From Antedon mediterranea (Eukaryota; Animalia; Echinodermata), in contig NC_092676.1 in the NCBI RefSeq assembly GCF_964355755.1, positions 4,999,888 through 5,063,887 of the forward strand: a stretch of 64,000 nt of DNA. The letters are read 5' to 3'. Each line of letters opens with the position of its first letter. The stretch's first letter is position 1. The translations under genes and the position numbers were made by a program. Positions 13,351 through 27,800 of the stretch are shown piece by piece. The notes beneath the pieces are model-generated. The model did no database searches, was not told the origin of the DNA, and saw only the letters and a list, made by a program, of their open reading frames with translations.

Positions 13351-13563
13351 GATCATTCATAGAGCAGTATCCCAAAAAAATTTAACGTTCAAATAACGTT
13401 AGATGAATGTTACCGTTTGAATTTTTTTAAATAACGTTCAAATAACATTAAGTTGTGCACCCTTCTTACGTCTGCTGAATGTTATAACTAACGTTAATTT
13501 AAACCATCCATCAACGTCCAGCGAACGTTGATGGATGGTTAAGCCCGCTTTCCAGTCGACGTT

Positions 13564-13914
13564 ATGATGATGATGAAAACGCTTGTGCAGACGATTCAAT
13601 GGATCATAAATAACGGAGCATACGCGCGCGAAAAGCCTACTTTCCATTGGGCGAATTTATTCCCACGAATCTAAAGAGTTGACTAGTGCGCATGATGCGC
13701 ATTAGTATTTTCATCCACTTGTTAGGACGTAAAAAACTGCGCAACCAATCAAAACTAAACAATGTTGATCGCGCTATTATCGAAGCGTTTGTTATATAGG
13801 CCTATACTGTAGAGCAATTCTAAATTATTTGTCGAGTGAAAACAGGCTGTATGAATACTTAGGCCTAATTAAGTCTTTACCGACGTATTACCTGACCGTA
13901 ATAATTGCCAACAG
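13564..13914 (+). pseudogene. Orphan duplicate of the SLC46-like gene's last-exon end and 3' UTR
   Basis: GATGATGATGAAAACGCTTGTGCAGACGATTCAATGGATCATAAATAA and downstream sequence match 50452-50881 colinearly. The MITE at 50648-50855 is absent from this copy. Confidence 0.85.
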
Positions 13915-14754
13915 AAACTCGTGCGCATGTATGAGGAGCAATATTTTATTCACAGTATGTGAAGTTATGATACTTGTACATTCTTACATAATCGTTTGTC
14001 TAAATGTAGAATTCTTTCACAATTAAAAGTAAGTATTTATTTTGCCCCAAATTGCGCCCCGTATAAATGTCGTTGCAACGAACACCACATGGTCCCTTGT
14101 CGTCAGTCAGCGGGAAAATCCAGCTTGCAAAAGGCTAATTTACAGAGACGAGCAGTAACACAGTAAACGCGTGAAGAGAACAAAAACGTAGAATATATTA
14201 TTTCTTATGAGCTTGGTGTATCGCAAATATTTAATTTCGCGAGGAACGCCATTGCAAAATATCTGATGTGAATATGGTTTGGGAGCAAACGCGCGTACGA
14301 AAAACAACAAATCACGTACGTACGCGTCGTGTGGCGTTTGTTGCTCCCAAATCCTTCCCACCATGCGTCGCGCACGATATTTGCGATAAACTTTTTTATA
14401 CACAAAACGTGAGAATGTACAATATTCAAGCAATGCAATTCAACACCTCGTGTTAAGATATTCAATTTAATTAACCAATATTATTAAGAATGTAACATGT
14501 TTCAGTTCTAATGTAAATTTAGAATTTACGTTTTCTGACATTGTTCTTTCCATACATATCTATATATGCAATCATCACCATATTTGGTTAAACTGAAATT
14601 ATCTTATATACCAGAGGCGTCTGATTGCTGTCTGGAGGGGTGCTAAAATTGTAAATGTGAAACTAACAAATATGAAACAGTCTCTCCGGTGCCTCAGCCC
14701 CACCACCATGCTTGGGGCTTTAGCTAAGCACATTGCAAATTGCACTTATACATT

Positions 14755-15565
14755 GGGCCTGTTTCTGCTGCAACTGCTCAAAATACGGTATAAAAATACG
14801 GTATAAAATACGGTATTTTTTATACCGTATTTTTTAGTACCCCGTTTCTGCTAACAATACTTCTTGGGTGGTCGTGTTAAATTTCATCTTTTTTACCCAA
14901 ATTGCCATTCATTTATTTGATCGATAATTAAAGGAAGTTTTACGTCTCACTTTCAACAGCCTAGCCCTAGTGATAGAGATGTTGTGAGAGCACAGAAAAC
15001 ATCGTAATGGGGACAATTAATTCGTTCCCTCCCCGAGTTATTGTATTTTGCAATGTTGTACTGCTTTCGCAGGCTCTTCAGCTTTGAGTTTACTTGCTTT
15101 GGAGACAAGTCTATTCCATACTCCTGCTTTATTTTTTTAGAAATGTCTTTATAAATGTGGTTGTCCCTTTTATTACCTTTTAGTTGGCCAGACATTTTAG
15201 CTTCCCCACACAAATTTATTTAGTAAAACTGTGACGTCTTCGCTCCACATTTTCGCCGAATATATATATACACGTGTGTAAAACAGCTGACAGAGACAGA
15301 AAATCAAAACACGAATGTTGACCTTTTGTCATGTAAAAAAAAAATACGGTATTTTTTATTGGTAGCAGAAACGGGTACAAAAAATACGGTATAAATTTGT
15401 AAATACCGTATTTTATCCACAAATTTTGTGGGGAAAATACGGTATACAAAATACGGTATATTTTTTATGAGCGCAGTTTCTGCTGCCAAAAATATACCGT
15501 ATATATACGGTATTCAAAAAATACCGTATAATATACGGTATTTAGTTGGCAGCAGAAACAGGGCC
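14755..15565 (-). mobile_element. PIF/Harbinger deletion derivative with Myb/SANT-like ORF remnant
   Basis: TIRs GG(G/C)CCTGTTTCTGCTGC(C)AACT, 3-bp TSD ATT, subterminal AAATACGGTA repeats. The internal minus-strand remnant QLKGNKRDNHIYKDISKKI..SPKQVNSKLKSLRKQY..NSGRERINCPHYD is typical of Harbinger Myb/SANT proteins. Confidence 0.82.
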
Positions 15566-16151
15566 ATTGATATATGAAACAAAATATATAAGTCTCCAGG
15601 ACCAGCCCTATCATGGTTGGGACTGAGCTAAGACAATTTTGAAAACTAGAGCTGCTAGTATTCGAATGAAAGTTCATATGTGCTGGTAAAAAATATAAGT
15701 TTGTTTTTAAAACACTTTAGAGCTGCAAGGTCTTCATAAATTGCAATTATACTTTTAAATTGTCAGGCCAAGAGCCGCACTACTCGCAATGGAAATAATC
15801 AAATAACATTTGATGAAACCTTAATGATCCCATTTCTAGTACACACGTATTGCATGTAATTATCCTGTTCTCATACATTTTTCTTGTTTTTACCAAATAA
15901 AATGAACGAATGAATAACTTCCATGATGCCTATTTAAACGTTACAATCTTTCGTACAGATGTCAATTCAAACTAACTCACAAGATAACACAATAAATTAA
16001 ATAAATGTTCATGTGTATTATTTTGAACTAGTGAATGTACAATTACTGATAAAATCTTAAAAACGAACTTTAAACTTGCAGTGTGATAATTTTAAACAAA
16101 AATGGATTATACAATTTAAGTTACATCATTGTGATCACAAATATATACAGT

Positions 16152-16610
16152 ACCGTAATTATTTGAATAAGATAAAGGCCTGGGTGGGGCGCTTTGTGTT
16201 CAGGTTTATTTAGGGAAGGCGTTTATTTTTGTTGGGTGTAATATGGTAACATATGTAATAAATAAATAAATACCCCCTGGATATGAAAAAATACAACACA
16301 ATTAATATTGATAAGTGATAAAATACAGTAAAAATTGTATGAAAATGCTTGGTAAATTGTAGATCATGTCAATCAATGAATTCTACCTATACAAATAGAT
16401 GTTGTAATACAATATTGTGTATATGCATTTGACGGGGTTTTTATTCGAGGAAATAAATAAATGCCCCGGGCGTTTATTTGAGGGTATTTTTATTGGGGGA
16501 GGGGGTTTGGGCGTTTATTCAAATTAATTTCTAAGGAGGAGAGGGGGGAGGAACGTTTATTCAAGGGAGGTGTTTATTGAAAGCTGGGCCTTTATTTCGA
16601 ATAATTACTG
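16152..16610. mobile_element. Tc1/mariner-like MITE remnant
   Basis: Ends (TA)CCGTAATTATTTGAATAA / TTTCGAATAATTACTG with internal GGCGTTTATT repeats. A related short piece lies at ~19075-19200. Confidence 0.5.
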
Positions 16611-16741
16611 CAATCAAATATTTTTAGATGCTGAAGATTACATACGAATACGATAGATACAAATTTTATAAGCAAAACCAGAAATAGAGATTGCGAAATT
16701 AAATTGGATTCAGAGGAAACCAAATTGAGACGCACTTTGCA

Positions 16742-17058
16742 CTTAAACATATATACAATTGTGTATGAGGATAATGAATGTCGCTGCCCAAACATTATAT
16801 TTCCTCAGGAATCCCCATCCAATCCATCTCAGAACCAATTGCCATTACGATTATCCGGAACCAGTAGCATCATCAAGCCTTGCTTTCTTTTCGTTTTTAT
16901 ACATTTCATATTCCGTTGAGATTTCCCTGTCATTTCTTACTGGACACGAATGTCTTGAAGTAACACACTGCAATTACAATAAACCAAATGCTGTTAAATG
17001 CAATAAAATGGTAATAAATGACATATCAGCCTGTCAGTGACTTCAGAGGCAGTGCAAT
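16742..17058 (-). pseudogene. Decayed 7TM remnant (ECL2-TM5-TM6-TM7) of a GRL101/RXFP-type LGR GPCR
   Basis: Minus strand reads IALPLKSLTG*YVIYYHFIAFNSIWFIVIAVCYFKTFVSSKK*, then across frameshifts CYWFRIIVMAIGSEMDWMGIPEEI/VWAATFII/YTI. These match the family motifs CLxLPL..GWxYS..FxxxN..CY, CWxPI, YxWxAxF and LYT. Stop at 17028-17026; the NSxxNP motif is deleted. Confidence 0.8.
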
Positions 17059-17950
17059 CTTAAGATTGTCTGGTTGTAAAGCTCTATCTACACAATCAAA
17101 CTTTATGATACAAAAAAATGTGATGTGCCCATGGACATGATGATATCACTACCATATTTAAGAATATCATCACTACCATATTTGGGCACATCACACCTTG
17201 TTTGATAGTGTCTTAATGATTATAGTGTCATATTATTATGTTGTGATTCTCTCTGTTTAGAGAAGGATGCTTTAGACCAGGTCCGCCTTATTATTAGCCA
17301 ATCAAAATCGCATAAATTTTGGAGGGAAAATGTTATCCTCCTCTGAAGCCTAAAATTAATATCCAGTATAAAAGTAGAATGTAATAGATATTAGAGGAGA
17401 AGAGAGAATAAGATCAGAGTAGATAAACGGAAAGATGATAAAGAATATAATAAGGCTTGACTGGTAGTGGTAGAAAGATGTATTAATCGAATTACAAGGA
17501 ATAAAAGTTCTAGTTGAGTTAAATATACTTTTTGTATGAGTTATCATTCAGTGACAGCTGTGTACGTCGCGTGGAAATATATACGCCCGAGAAAGCTCGG
17601 AACGACAGCTGTGTACGTCGAGTGGATATACGCCTGAGAAAGCTCGGAACCAACTAAAGATAAATTCACTACAATTATCCAAAATATGAAGTTTAGTTTG
17701 CTGTTTATTTTTAGTTTCATCATCTAAAGGTAGTTTAGTTTGTGAAGGAAAGGGTCAAAGGTCAAGGTCACAATTAAAAACCGTAATTATAATTTCATTT
17801 GTACAGGCTAGAGAATGATTTATTACAGACTTCAATTAAATCTAATTACCTTAATTACTAAGTGGCCTGTTTAGGTCTAGTATATAAAACCCCTTTTTTC
17901 AGGTGTTGGGGCATAAAATTTAGAGTCAGATGTCACGTCACACAAATATT

Positions 17951-18530
17951 TTAGTCGTGTGCAACGCGACTCTACAGCTCACTATGTCGGTCGGTTGGTC
18001 GGTAAACACTAACTTACATATGGCCTTGTCTTGATATCGGTTTCATCTAGCTAGGTCAATTTTTCAGAGTATATTCCTTATGGCCAGGACTCGATGTGGT
18101 TATGTTTTTGACGCGTCGGTGCGCAATCAAACATTACGCGGTCTACGCACGATTTAACGAAATCACGTTTGTAATCATATTTTCACAAGCATGAATCACA
18201 ATTAAGTAAAATTTGGTACTCATAAATTTCAGGTCATATTTCATCATTATGGAAATACAATTCCGTGCTTAGCGCATATAACGCATGTGTACGCGCGCTT
18301 AAAATTGTCAAATTTATTTTCGATGAAATTAGAGTACGTTTCAGGCAATTTTAAGCGTTTAAAAAATTGCAATGAGTGCGCAGATTTTTGCATGCGCACT
18401 GCACGTTAAACGTTAATACGCACTCTTTTTGCTCGATTTCTATTTTACAACCTTTCTTTAATAATGTCATATTTGATTCACTTTCCAACTCGAAATTACG
18501 TTATATGAGCACGTCAAAAACGCACATGTA
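17951..18530. mobile_element. Helentron/DINE-like element
   Basis: TTTTAGTCGTGTGCAACGCGACTCTA start followed by a (GTCG)n microsatellite. A short complete-looking relative at 44259-44368 has subterminal IRs AGTCGCGTG/CACGCGACT. Right boundary is approximate. Confidence 0.6.
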
Positions 18531-18762
18531 AATTAATAAAATAAACATTTTCAACATTTTTAAAAATGTTCAGAAAGACAGCAAACTAAATAAACATTTT
18601 TCGGAAGCAGATTTTTATGTAGACAAATTATACTGTTATGCATTCCCAGATTTCTCTCTAGTTTAATCATGTGTTTTCTTGCCCATTTCCACTTTGGGAG
18701 CAACTTGAGTGATTCATGTTGTTTTCGTGTGGATTTTGTTGTTTTGTTTTAGGCCAATGTCT

Positions 18763-18883
18763 TTATTTTTCTTCAACGAAATATATGAAAATCAATACTT
18801 CTCTTGTTTCTACATCTTCACATGGAGGTTCACACTTTCTAATATCTCCAACGAGACAACACAGTCTTGAACAATCTGATTGC
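18763..18883 (-). CDS. Hinge exon, terminating early
   Basis: Strong acceptor TTTTTCTCTCATAG, then QSDCSRLCCLVGDIRKCEPPCEDVETREVLIFIYFVEEK*. Matches the xDxxxxCC..CxP..CED hinge of GRL101/RXFP receptors. Confidence 0.72.
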
Positions 18884-21800
18884 CTATGAGAGAAAAACCA
18901 AACACACAGCAAATGAATGTGAATGATTTTAGTTGCATTTTAACAAATTTTAACAATTGAAGGAAATTTATTAATATTAATAATTTATTTATAGTTGTTT
19001 TGCGTGCTTGCTGCTCTTCGATCATAAAGATGATGAGTACAAGTTTAGAAAATTCAAAGATTTTGAAGGTACAATACCGAATTTATTGCTCAAGAGAGTT
19101 TATACAAGGGAGGTGTTTATTCGCAATGATGTTCTATGGGGAGAGTTTATTCGAGGGAGACGTTTATTCAAAGCCGAGCGTTTATTCGAATAAATGTGGT
19201 AATTGATACTTTCTGATAAATTCTATTCAGAATATCACGATTATTATGTGTAGTCTCATAATAATTACACAAAGAATAAGAACATACTATGAACTGTAAC
19301 ATTTAATTGGAATTACTATATATTAATTTTAATGTTGATTTTAAATTGAACATAAACTAACATTTAAATTATTAATGTAGATTATTTGACAGCTTCCTAA
19401 AATTAAAAACCGAAAATTCAATTAAAAAAATTGAAACTGGTTAAACAACAGCGCCAACATTTTTTTTAAAAAGGTTTAGCAGCTGAAATTTTTTATAGCA
19501 AGTTACCTCCGACGTGATGCGAGTCAGAACATACCCTTAGACGTAAAGTTCACCGAAACATTATATGATAAATTAGTGTATAGAACGCCGATGAATAATA
19601 CACATTAATGAAATTAAAGGACCAATCAAAACTTAAACCAAGAGACACTTAAGACAATTGACCTGAATGCAGTAGTACGAATTAAATGAAATTCAAATTA
19701 TTAAATATTGATTTTCCTTTGAAAAATAATAACAGTAACATTATGTATGCACACCTGTCATACTTACAATTCGACTAAGTTGGTTAATTCTTCAAAAGTT
19801 TTATCTTCGTAAAACCGTAATCTGTTCCCATCTAAACGTCTAAATGATAATATTCAACGATGATTAACCATAGTAAATTTTGAAAATAGTAACATTTTGA
19901 AATAAAGGCTATGTAATATTCCATGAGTATAGGTTGTATAGGATGTGAATAACCAGAGGCTCATGTGAAATAATGGGCGAAGTCAGAATGAAAATTGGAA
20001 TGAATTTAATCAACGACTAATGTCATAAATGTTTTTTTTTTTATTTATTTATACGTAACCATTCCAGTGTTGCAAAAACCAAATACACACATACACATAC
20101 AAGTTTCTCGTTCAATTCAAGTTGCATTTATATTTATACTGAATCTTACAGCAAATAACTAACTTTGTATCCTATAATTTTTTTTTTTTAATTTTTTTTT
20201 TATTCCGGTATATAAAACATTACAAAAAGCAGAACAAGTCTGAAATTATTGTAGTACATATAATAAAAAATTTACATTACAGATAAAAAATACAAAACAA
20301 TTTACAATATGCATAAAAAAAATAAATATACTGTACATTAATCATTAAAATTTATCCAATAGAGCAAAAATGCATAATGACATGTTTAACCTAACAGTAT
20401 CAATTATTTTCCAAATAGCTACTTCATAGTATGTTGGGGAATATTTAAATCGTAATAAAATCACATAGTGTTAACTTACAAATATGTAAGTGATGAAGCA
20501 AAAGAAGAAAATGCATCTGGTTCTATGGTAGTTATAGCGTTGTTGTATAAATACCTGTTAAGATAATCAATATTTATTTTATTATTACTACTGTTTTTTT
20601 AAAGCAATATTTGTTTTCTCTAGTGCATATCATACAGTGTGTATGTTATAGTAACTATCACTATCAAGTGATAATAGCATAATACTAATACTTTCATGTG
20701 AATTTTCTTCAATGTTAAATTGTTATCTAATTAATCTCTTTAGGCCTAATTAAAGACAAAAATGAATGATTAAGTCTAAACGATTTAAACAAAATGAATG
20801 TATTGATTACAATGCATAATATTCATTGTTATGAATTTAATTTTACATTTAAATATACATCAACATAATTTGATGGTTCAGTAAAATTCATCAAAATGCT
20901 ACATAGTTACATAAAAATGTGTGTGGTTGCAATGACATCATTATATTGTTTTCAGTGTGTTCCTATGCACTCATGACATTTATATAATCATAAGCTTTAA
21001 TTTGATGTCAGACATAAAATAGAAATGACTTTTAAGATTTAAAAAAAAATTACGTAATACCTGACTATATAATAGTATGGCTTAAATGATGTCATTACAT
21101 TGTTAAAATACTATTTTTACATATGCTCGTGTTGTTACACATGTCATAAGCTTTAATTTGATACCAAACTTTACATGTTCATTTTTTTTTTCATTTTTCA
21201 GAAAATTATGTAATGTATTTATATAATGGGTGTGGCTTAATTAATGGCATCTTTCAACTGTTCAAATTATATTTTACATAGTTCCGTGGTGTTTACATGT
21301 CATAAGCTTTAATTTAATACCAAACTTTCCATATTTATTTGATTTCTTGAATATTTCAACAAAGTTATGTAATATATAATGGGTGTGGCTTTGATAATGT
21401 CATTATATTGTGAAATTATATTTTCTCATTCTCATCTTACATGTCAAATTATAATTTGATACCAAACTTGACATACATTTTTAATATATATTTTTTTACA
21501 TAGCTACATATATATTAAAAGGGGCGTGGTCAAAATGAGTCATTAATTAGAAGAAGGTTTCCGTCAAGTTTCATGCTTTTGTCACGAAGTGCACAAAAAA
21601 ATTGCTCAGCAACCAACTAATATATATGTTAACTAAATCAGAGAGAGAAAAAAATAACTCTTTAAATGTTGTTTTAAAACATTTACTTAGTCAACCACTG
21701 ACAGCGTAGAGCAGCGTTCCGAAACCTTTTTTGACCACGACCCCAATGATTATATTTTGGGAGTTCTAGCGACCCACCAAGTTTTTGAGCCACAAGCGAT

Positions 21801-24800
21801 TGTATATAAAATTCATAATAATGCGACCTCGGCAAAACGATCGTATCTACTTTCTTTCCGGTGAACACCGCGACCGACGATTTAAACATTTTGTGTTCAA
21901 ATGTAAACGTCATGGGGAGTTCGCTATAAAATGGTGAGGGAGCCCTCCCCTGGCCTGGCTATTGAAAAAGAACATTTTAATTCGAAAACCAGTTTTGTCA
22001 TAGTACTGTTGTCAGACATTTATTATTCCTAATACATACCGGAAGTGCAAGTGCGCAGAGTTAATGATTATAATTATTAGAAATCAAATGTCAATTGGCA
22101 ATTACTCTGATTGTTGGGTTGTACCTTTAGATTTGCAAAAAGCATTTGACACAGTTGACCATGATATATTGCTCGAAAAACTAAAGGATTTGGATTGGAC
22201 CAATAGATTGGTTCCAATCATATCTTAAGAATAGGCAACAATTAGTATATAAAGGTAAAATCAAGCCACTTGGAATTTCTCATATTGTGGCTCAAGGAAG
22301 CATAATTGGGGCTCTATTATTTCTATGCTATGCTAACGATATGAAAATAAGTGTAAATTGTAATTTTATTTTAAACGCTGATGACAGCGTTCTTTTAGTA
22401 TCTGGTAAGAACCCATATAGCTTCAAGACTGAGTTCAGAATTGTCAACCTGTAGTGAATGACTCATTGACAACAAGTTATCCCTCCATATGGGAAAGACT
22501 CAGGCCATGGTGTTTGGACCCAAACATAAAATGAAAATGGTCAGGGATTTTAAAGTATATTGTGATGAAATCCAAGACAGTGTCAACAATCCAATACTGG
22601 TTCTCGGTCAAGTTGTCCTTCAATGTATTTAATGAAATAATAATTAAATATCTTTAAATTTTAATCTTAAAAATGGTTATTTGGTTACTGTATAAATGCC
22701 TTCTGTATGTATTGATCACATTATGAATTGATACAATGCATAATATTCAATGTTTATAAATTTTTATTTAAATTTATTTTAAAACTATCAAAATACTCAT
22801 AAACACAATTCCTATAGAAAATTATAAATATTTAATATCATCCTAATTATTCATTTTATAAATATCTTAATTTTTTATTGGTCATTATTTAAAAAAGAGA
22901 TTTATTTATTAATTAGGATGATATTAAATATTTATAATTTTCTATAGGAATTGTGTTTATGAGTATTTTGATAGTTTTAAAATAAATTTAAATAAAAATT
23001 TATAAACATTGGATATTATGCATTGTATCAATTCATAATGTGATCAATACATACAATGGCTGGCAATGTACTTATTTGGTTACTGTACAAATCCCTTCAA
23101 AGTAAAAACAATGTACAGTAACAATTACAATATTCAAGCTGTTTGATATGTAAATGCTGATGAGTATACTTTAATTAGGCTACAGTAAAATAAACTATTA
23201 AAATATGAAAATGTTATTGTCATGAAAACAATTTATATAGAAAATGTTAAATATTTGTATTACTCTTGTTTTTCTTATTGTCACTTGTATATTTATAATT
23301 ATTTTTATATGAGAATGCTGAATATTCTCTATCAGCTTACTGTTTATGATGATATAGTAATTTTAAAGTCTCTTAAATGACCAATTGTAAAACTATTAAT
23401 ATCTTTAACCAATTCATCCTGATAAGTGCTTAAAGAATGAATAATTTATTATTTATTTAGAAAAAAGTTAAACATAGAAATTAATATTTAGTCCTTCAGT
23501 TTTGTCATTTCTGTCAATCTATCAAACACAAGGGTTGGCAATGCACTTATTTTGTTATGTTCTTCTAGGCTTATAGGTACAGTGATGTAGTGATGGGGTT
23601 GGGGTATAGAAACTGATCCCACGAAATGAAATTATTTCTGATATTTTAATCAATAGGTGCCAGTAATAATTATATATTCTTGATTTACATATTCTTAAAT
23701 ATATTTTTAAAATTCCAAGTTATAAATAGACTTGAAAGTGTTATTCTCAACATTTTGTTATCATCTTAATGTATTATTTTTTATATATTTACAGTATGTA
23801 TTGATCACATTTTGAAATTATACAATGCTTATTATTAATTATTATTTTATTATTTATTTTTAAAACAAATGAAACAAAGAAATAAATATGTGCAAAATAC
23901 TTACAGGTATTTCAATGCTGTCAATTTATCAAATACATTGGTTGGCAATGTACTTATTTTGTTATCCCTCAAATTCCTTCAAAGTAAAAACAATGTACAG
24001 TAACAATTACAATATTCAAGCTGTTTGATATGTCAACTTTTACTTTTCATATTCATTTTGATTTTTTTGTAAAGTCTTTCAGTCAATGATAGGGACATTA
24101 TCTACATAGTAAATACTGATGAGTATACTTTAATTAGGCAAACATAACTAATAAAATATGAAAAGTGATTTTTAAAATATTATGTATTGATCACCTTATT
24201 CAATGATACTATGCATAATATTCAATGTTATAAATTATTATATTATTTATTTTCAAGACAAATTAAACAAAGAATTAAAATACTCATGAACACAATTTCT
24301 ATTTTAAATATTTAGTATCATCTTAATGTATATAATAATAATTGTTAAATAAATCTCTTTTTTAAATAATGACCAATTAAAAATTAAGATTTTTATAAAA
24401 TGAATAATTAATATTGATAATTGTTAACATTTTACTAAACCTTTAAAAAAATAATTATATACATATACAGTATGTATTGATCACATTATGAAATTACACA
24501 ATGCATAATATTCATTATTATTTTTATTTTATTATTTATTTTTAAAACAAATTAAACAAAGAAATAAAACAAATTAAACATGACCAAATACTTACAGTGT
24601 TGTCAGTGCTGTCAATCTATCAAATACATTGGCTGGCAATGTACTTATTTGGTTATTGTACAAAGACCTTAAAAGTAAAAACAATGTACAGTAACAATTA
24701 CAATATTCAAACTGTTTGATATGTAAATGCTGATGAGTATACTTTAATTAGGCTACAGTAAAATAAACTATTAAAATAAGAAAATGTTATTGTCATGAAA

Positions 24801-27800
24801 ACAATTTATATAGAAAATTTTAAATATTTGTATATTTTTATTACTCTTGTTTTTCTTATTGTCACTTGTATATTTTTAATTATTTTTATATGAGAATGCT
24901 GAATATTCTCTATCAGCTTACTGTTTATGATGATATAGTAATTTTAAAATCTCTTAAATGACCAATTGTAAAACTAGTAATATCTTTAACCAATTCATCC
25001 TGATAAGTGCTTAAAGAATGAATAATTTATTATTTATTTAGAAAAAAAGTTAAACATAGAAATTAATATTTAGGCCTACAGTTTTGTCAGTGCTGTCAAA
25101 CTATCAAATACATGGGTTGGCCATGCACTTATTTTGTTATGTTGTAGGCTTATAGGTACAGTGATGTAGTGATGGGGTTGGGGTATAGAAACTGACTCCA
25201 CGAAATGAAATTATTTCTGATATTTTAATCAATAGGTGCCACTAATAATTATATATTCTTGATTTACATATTCTTAAATATATTTTTAAAATTCCAAGTT
25301 ATAAATAGACTTGAAAGTGTTATTCTCAACATTTTGTTATCATCTTAATGTATTATTTTTTATACATTTACAGTATGTATTGATCACATTTTGAAATTAT
25401 ACAATGCATAATATTCAATGTTATAAATTATTATATTATTTATTTTCAAGACAAATTAAACAAACAATTGAAATACTCATGAACACAATTTCTATTTTAA
25501 ATAATTAGTATCATCTTAATGTATATAATAATAATTATTAAATAAATCTCTTTTTTAAATAATGACCAATTAAAAATTAAGATTTTTATAAAATGAATAA
25601 TTAATATTGATAATTGTTAACATTTTACTAAACCTTTAAAAAAATAATTTATATACATATACAGCATGTATTGATCACATTTTGAAATTATACAATTTAT
25701 AATATTCATTATTATTTTTATTTTATTATTTATTTTTAAAACAAATTAAACATGACCAAATACTTACAGTCTTGTCAGTGCTGTCAATCTATCAAATACA
25801 TTGGCTGGCAATGTACTTATTTGGTTCCTGCTCAAATCCCTTTAAAGTAAAAACAATGTACACAAAGAATTACAATATTCAAGCTGTTTGATATGTAAAT
25901 GCTGATGAGTATACTTTAATTAGGCTACAGTAAAATAAACTATTAAAATAAGAAAATGTTATTGTCATGAAAACAATTTATATAGAAAATTTTAAATATT
26001 TGTATATTTTAATTACTCTTGTTTTTCTTATTGTCACTTGTATATTTATAATTATTTTTATATGAGAATGCTGAATATTCTCTATCAGCTTACTGTTTAT
26101 GATGATATAGTAATTTTAAAGTCTCTTAAATGACCAATTGTAAAACTATTAATATCTTTAACCAATTCATCCTGATAAGTGCTTAAAGAATGAATAATTT
26201 ATTATTTATTTAGAAAAAAGTTAAACATAGAAATTAATATTTAGTCCTTCGGTTTTGTCATTTCTGTCAAACTATCTAACACAAGGGTTGGCAATGCACT
26301 TATTTTGTTATGTTCTAGGCTTATACTGTAGGTACAGCGATGTAGTGATGGGGTTGGGGTATAGAAACTGACTTCACGGAATGAAATTATTTCTGATATT
26401 TTAATCAATAGGTGCCACTAATAATTATATATTCTTGATTTACATATTCTTAAATATATTTTTAAAATTCCAAGTTATAAATAGACTTGAAAGTGTTATT
26501 CTCAACATTTTGTTATCATCTTAATGTATTATTTTTTATACATTTATTGTATGTATTGATCACATTTTGAAATTATACAATGCATAATATTCAATGTTAT
26601 AAATTATTATATTATTTATTTTCAAGACAAATTAAACAAAGAATTAAAATACTCATGAACACAATTTCTATTTTAAATATTTAGTATCATCTTAATGTAT
26701 ATAATAATAATTGTTAAATAAATCTCTTTTTTAAATAATGACCAATTAAAAATTAAGATTTTTATAAAATGAATAATTAATATTGATAATTGTTAACATT
26801 TTACTAAACCTTTAAACAAATAATTTATATACATATACATTATGTATTGATCACATTATAAAATTATACAATGCATAATATTCATTATTATTTTTATTTT
26901 ATTATTTATCTTTAAAACAAATTAAACATGACCAAATACTTACAGGTATGTCAATGCTGTCAATCTATCAAATACATTGGCTGGCAATGTACGTATTTGG
27001 TTATTGTACAACCACCTTCAAAGTAAAAACAATGTACAGTAACAATTACAATATTCAAGCTGTTTGATGTGTAAATGCTGATGAGTATACTTTAATTAGG
27101 CTACAGTAAAATAAACTATTAAAATAAGAAAATGTTATTGTCATGAAAACAATTTATATAGACAATTTTAAATATTTGTATATTTGTATTACTCTTGTTT
27201 TTCTTATTGTCACTTGTATATTTTTAATTATTTTTATATGAGAATGCTGAATATTTTCTATCAGCTGACTGTTTATGATGATATAGTAATTTTAAAGTCT
27301 CTTAAATGACCAATCGTAAAACTATTAATATCTTTAACCAATTCATCCTGATAAGTGCTTAAAGAATGAATAATTTATTATTTATTTAGAAAAAAGTTAA
27401 ACATAGAAATTAATATTTAGTCCTTCAGTTTTGTCATTTCTGTCAAGCTATCAAACACAAGGGTTGGCAATGCACTTATTTTGTTATGTTCTTCTAGGCT
27501 TATAGGTACAGCGATGTAGTGATGGGGTTGGGGTATAGAAACTGACTTCACGGAATGAAATTATTTCTGATATTTTAATCAATAGGTGCCACTAATAATT
27601 ACATATTCTTGATTTACATATTCTTAAATATATTTTTAAAATTCCAAGTTATAAATAGACTTGAAAGTGTTATTCTCAACATTTTGTTATCATCTTAATG
27701 TATTATTTTTTATACATTTATTGTATGTATTGATCACATTTTGAAATTATACAATGCATAATATTCAATGTTATAAATTATTATATTATTTATTTTCAAG

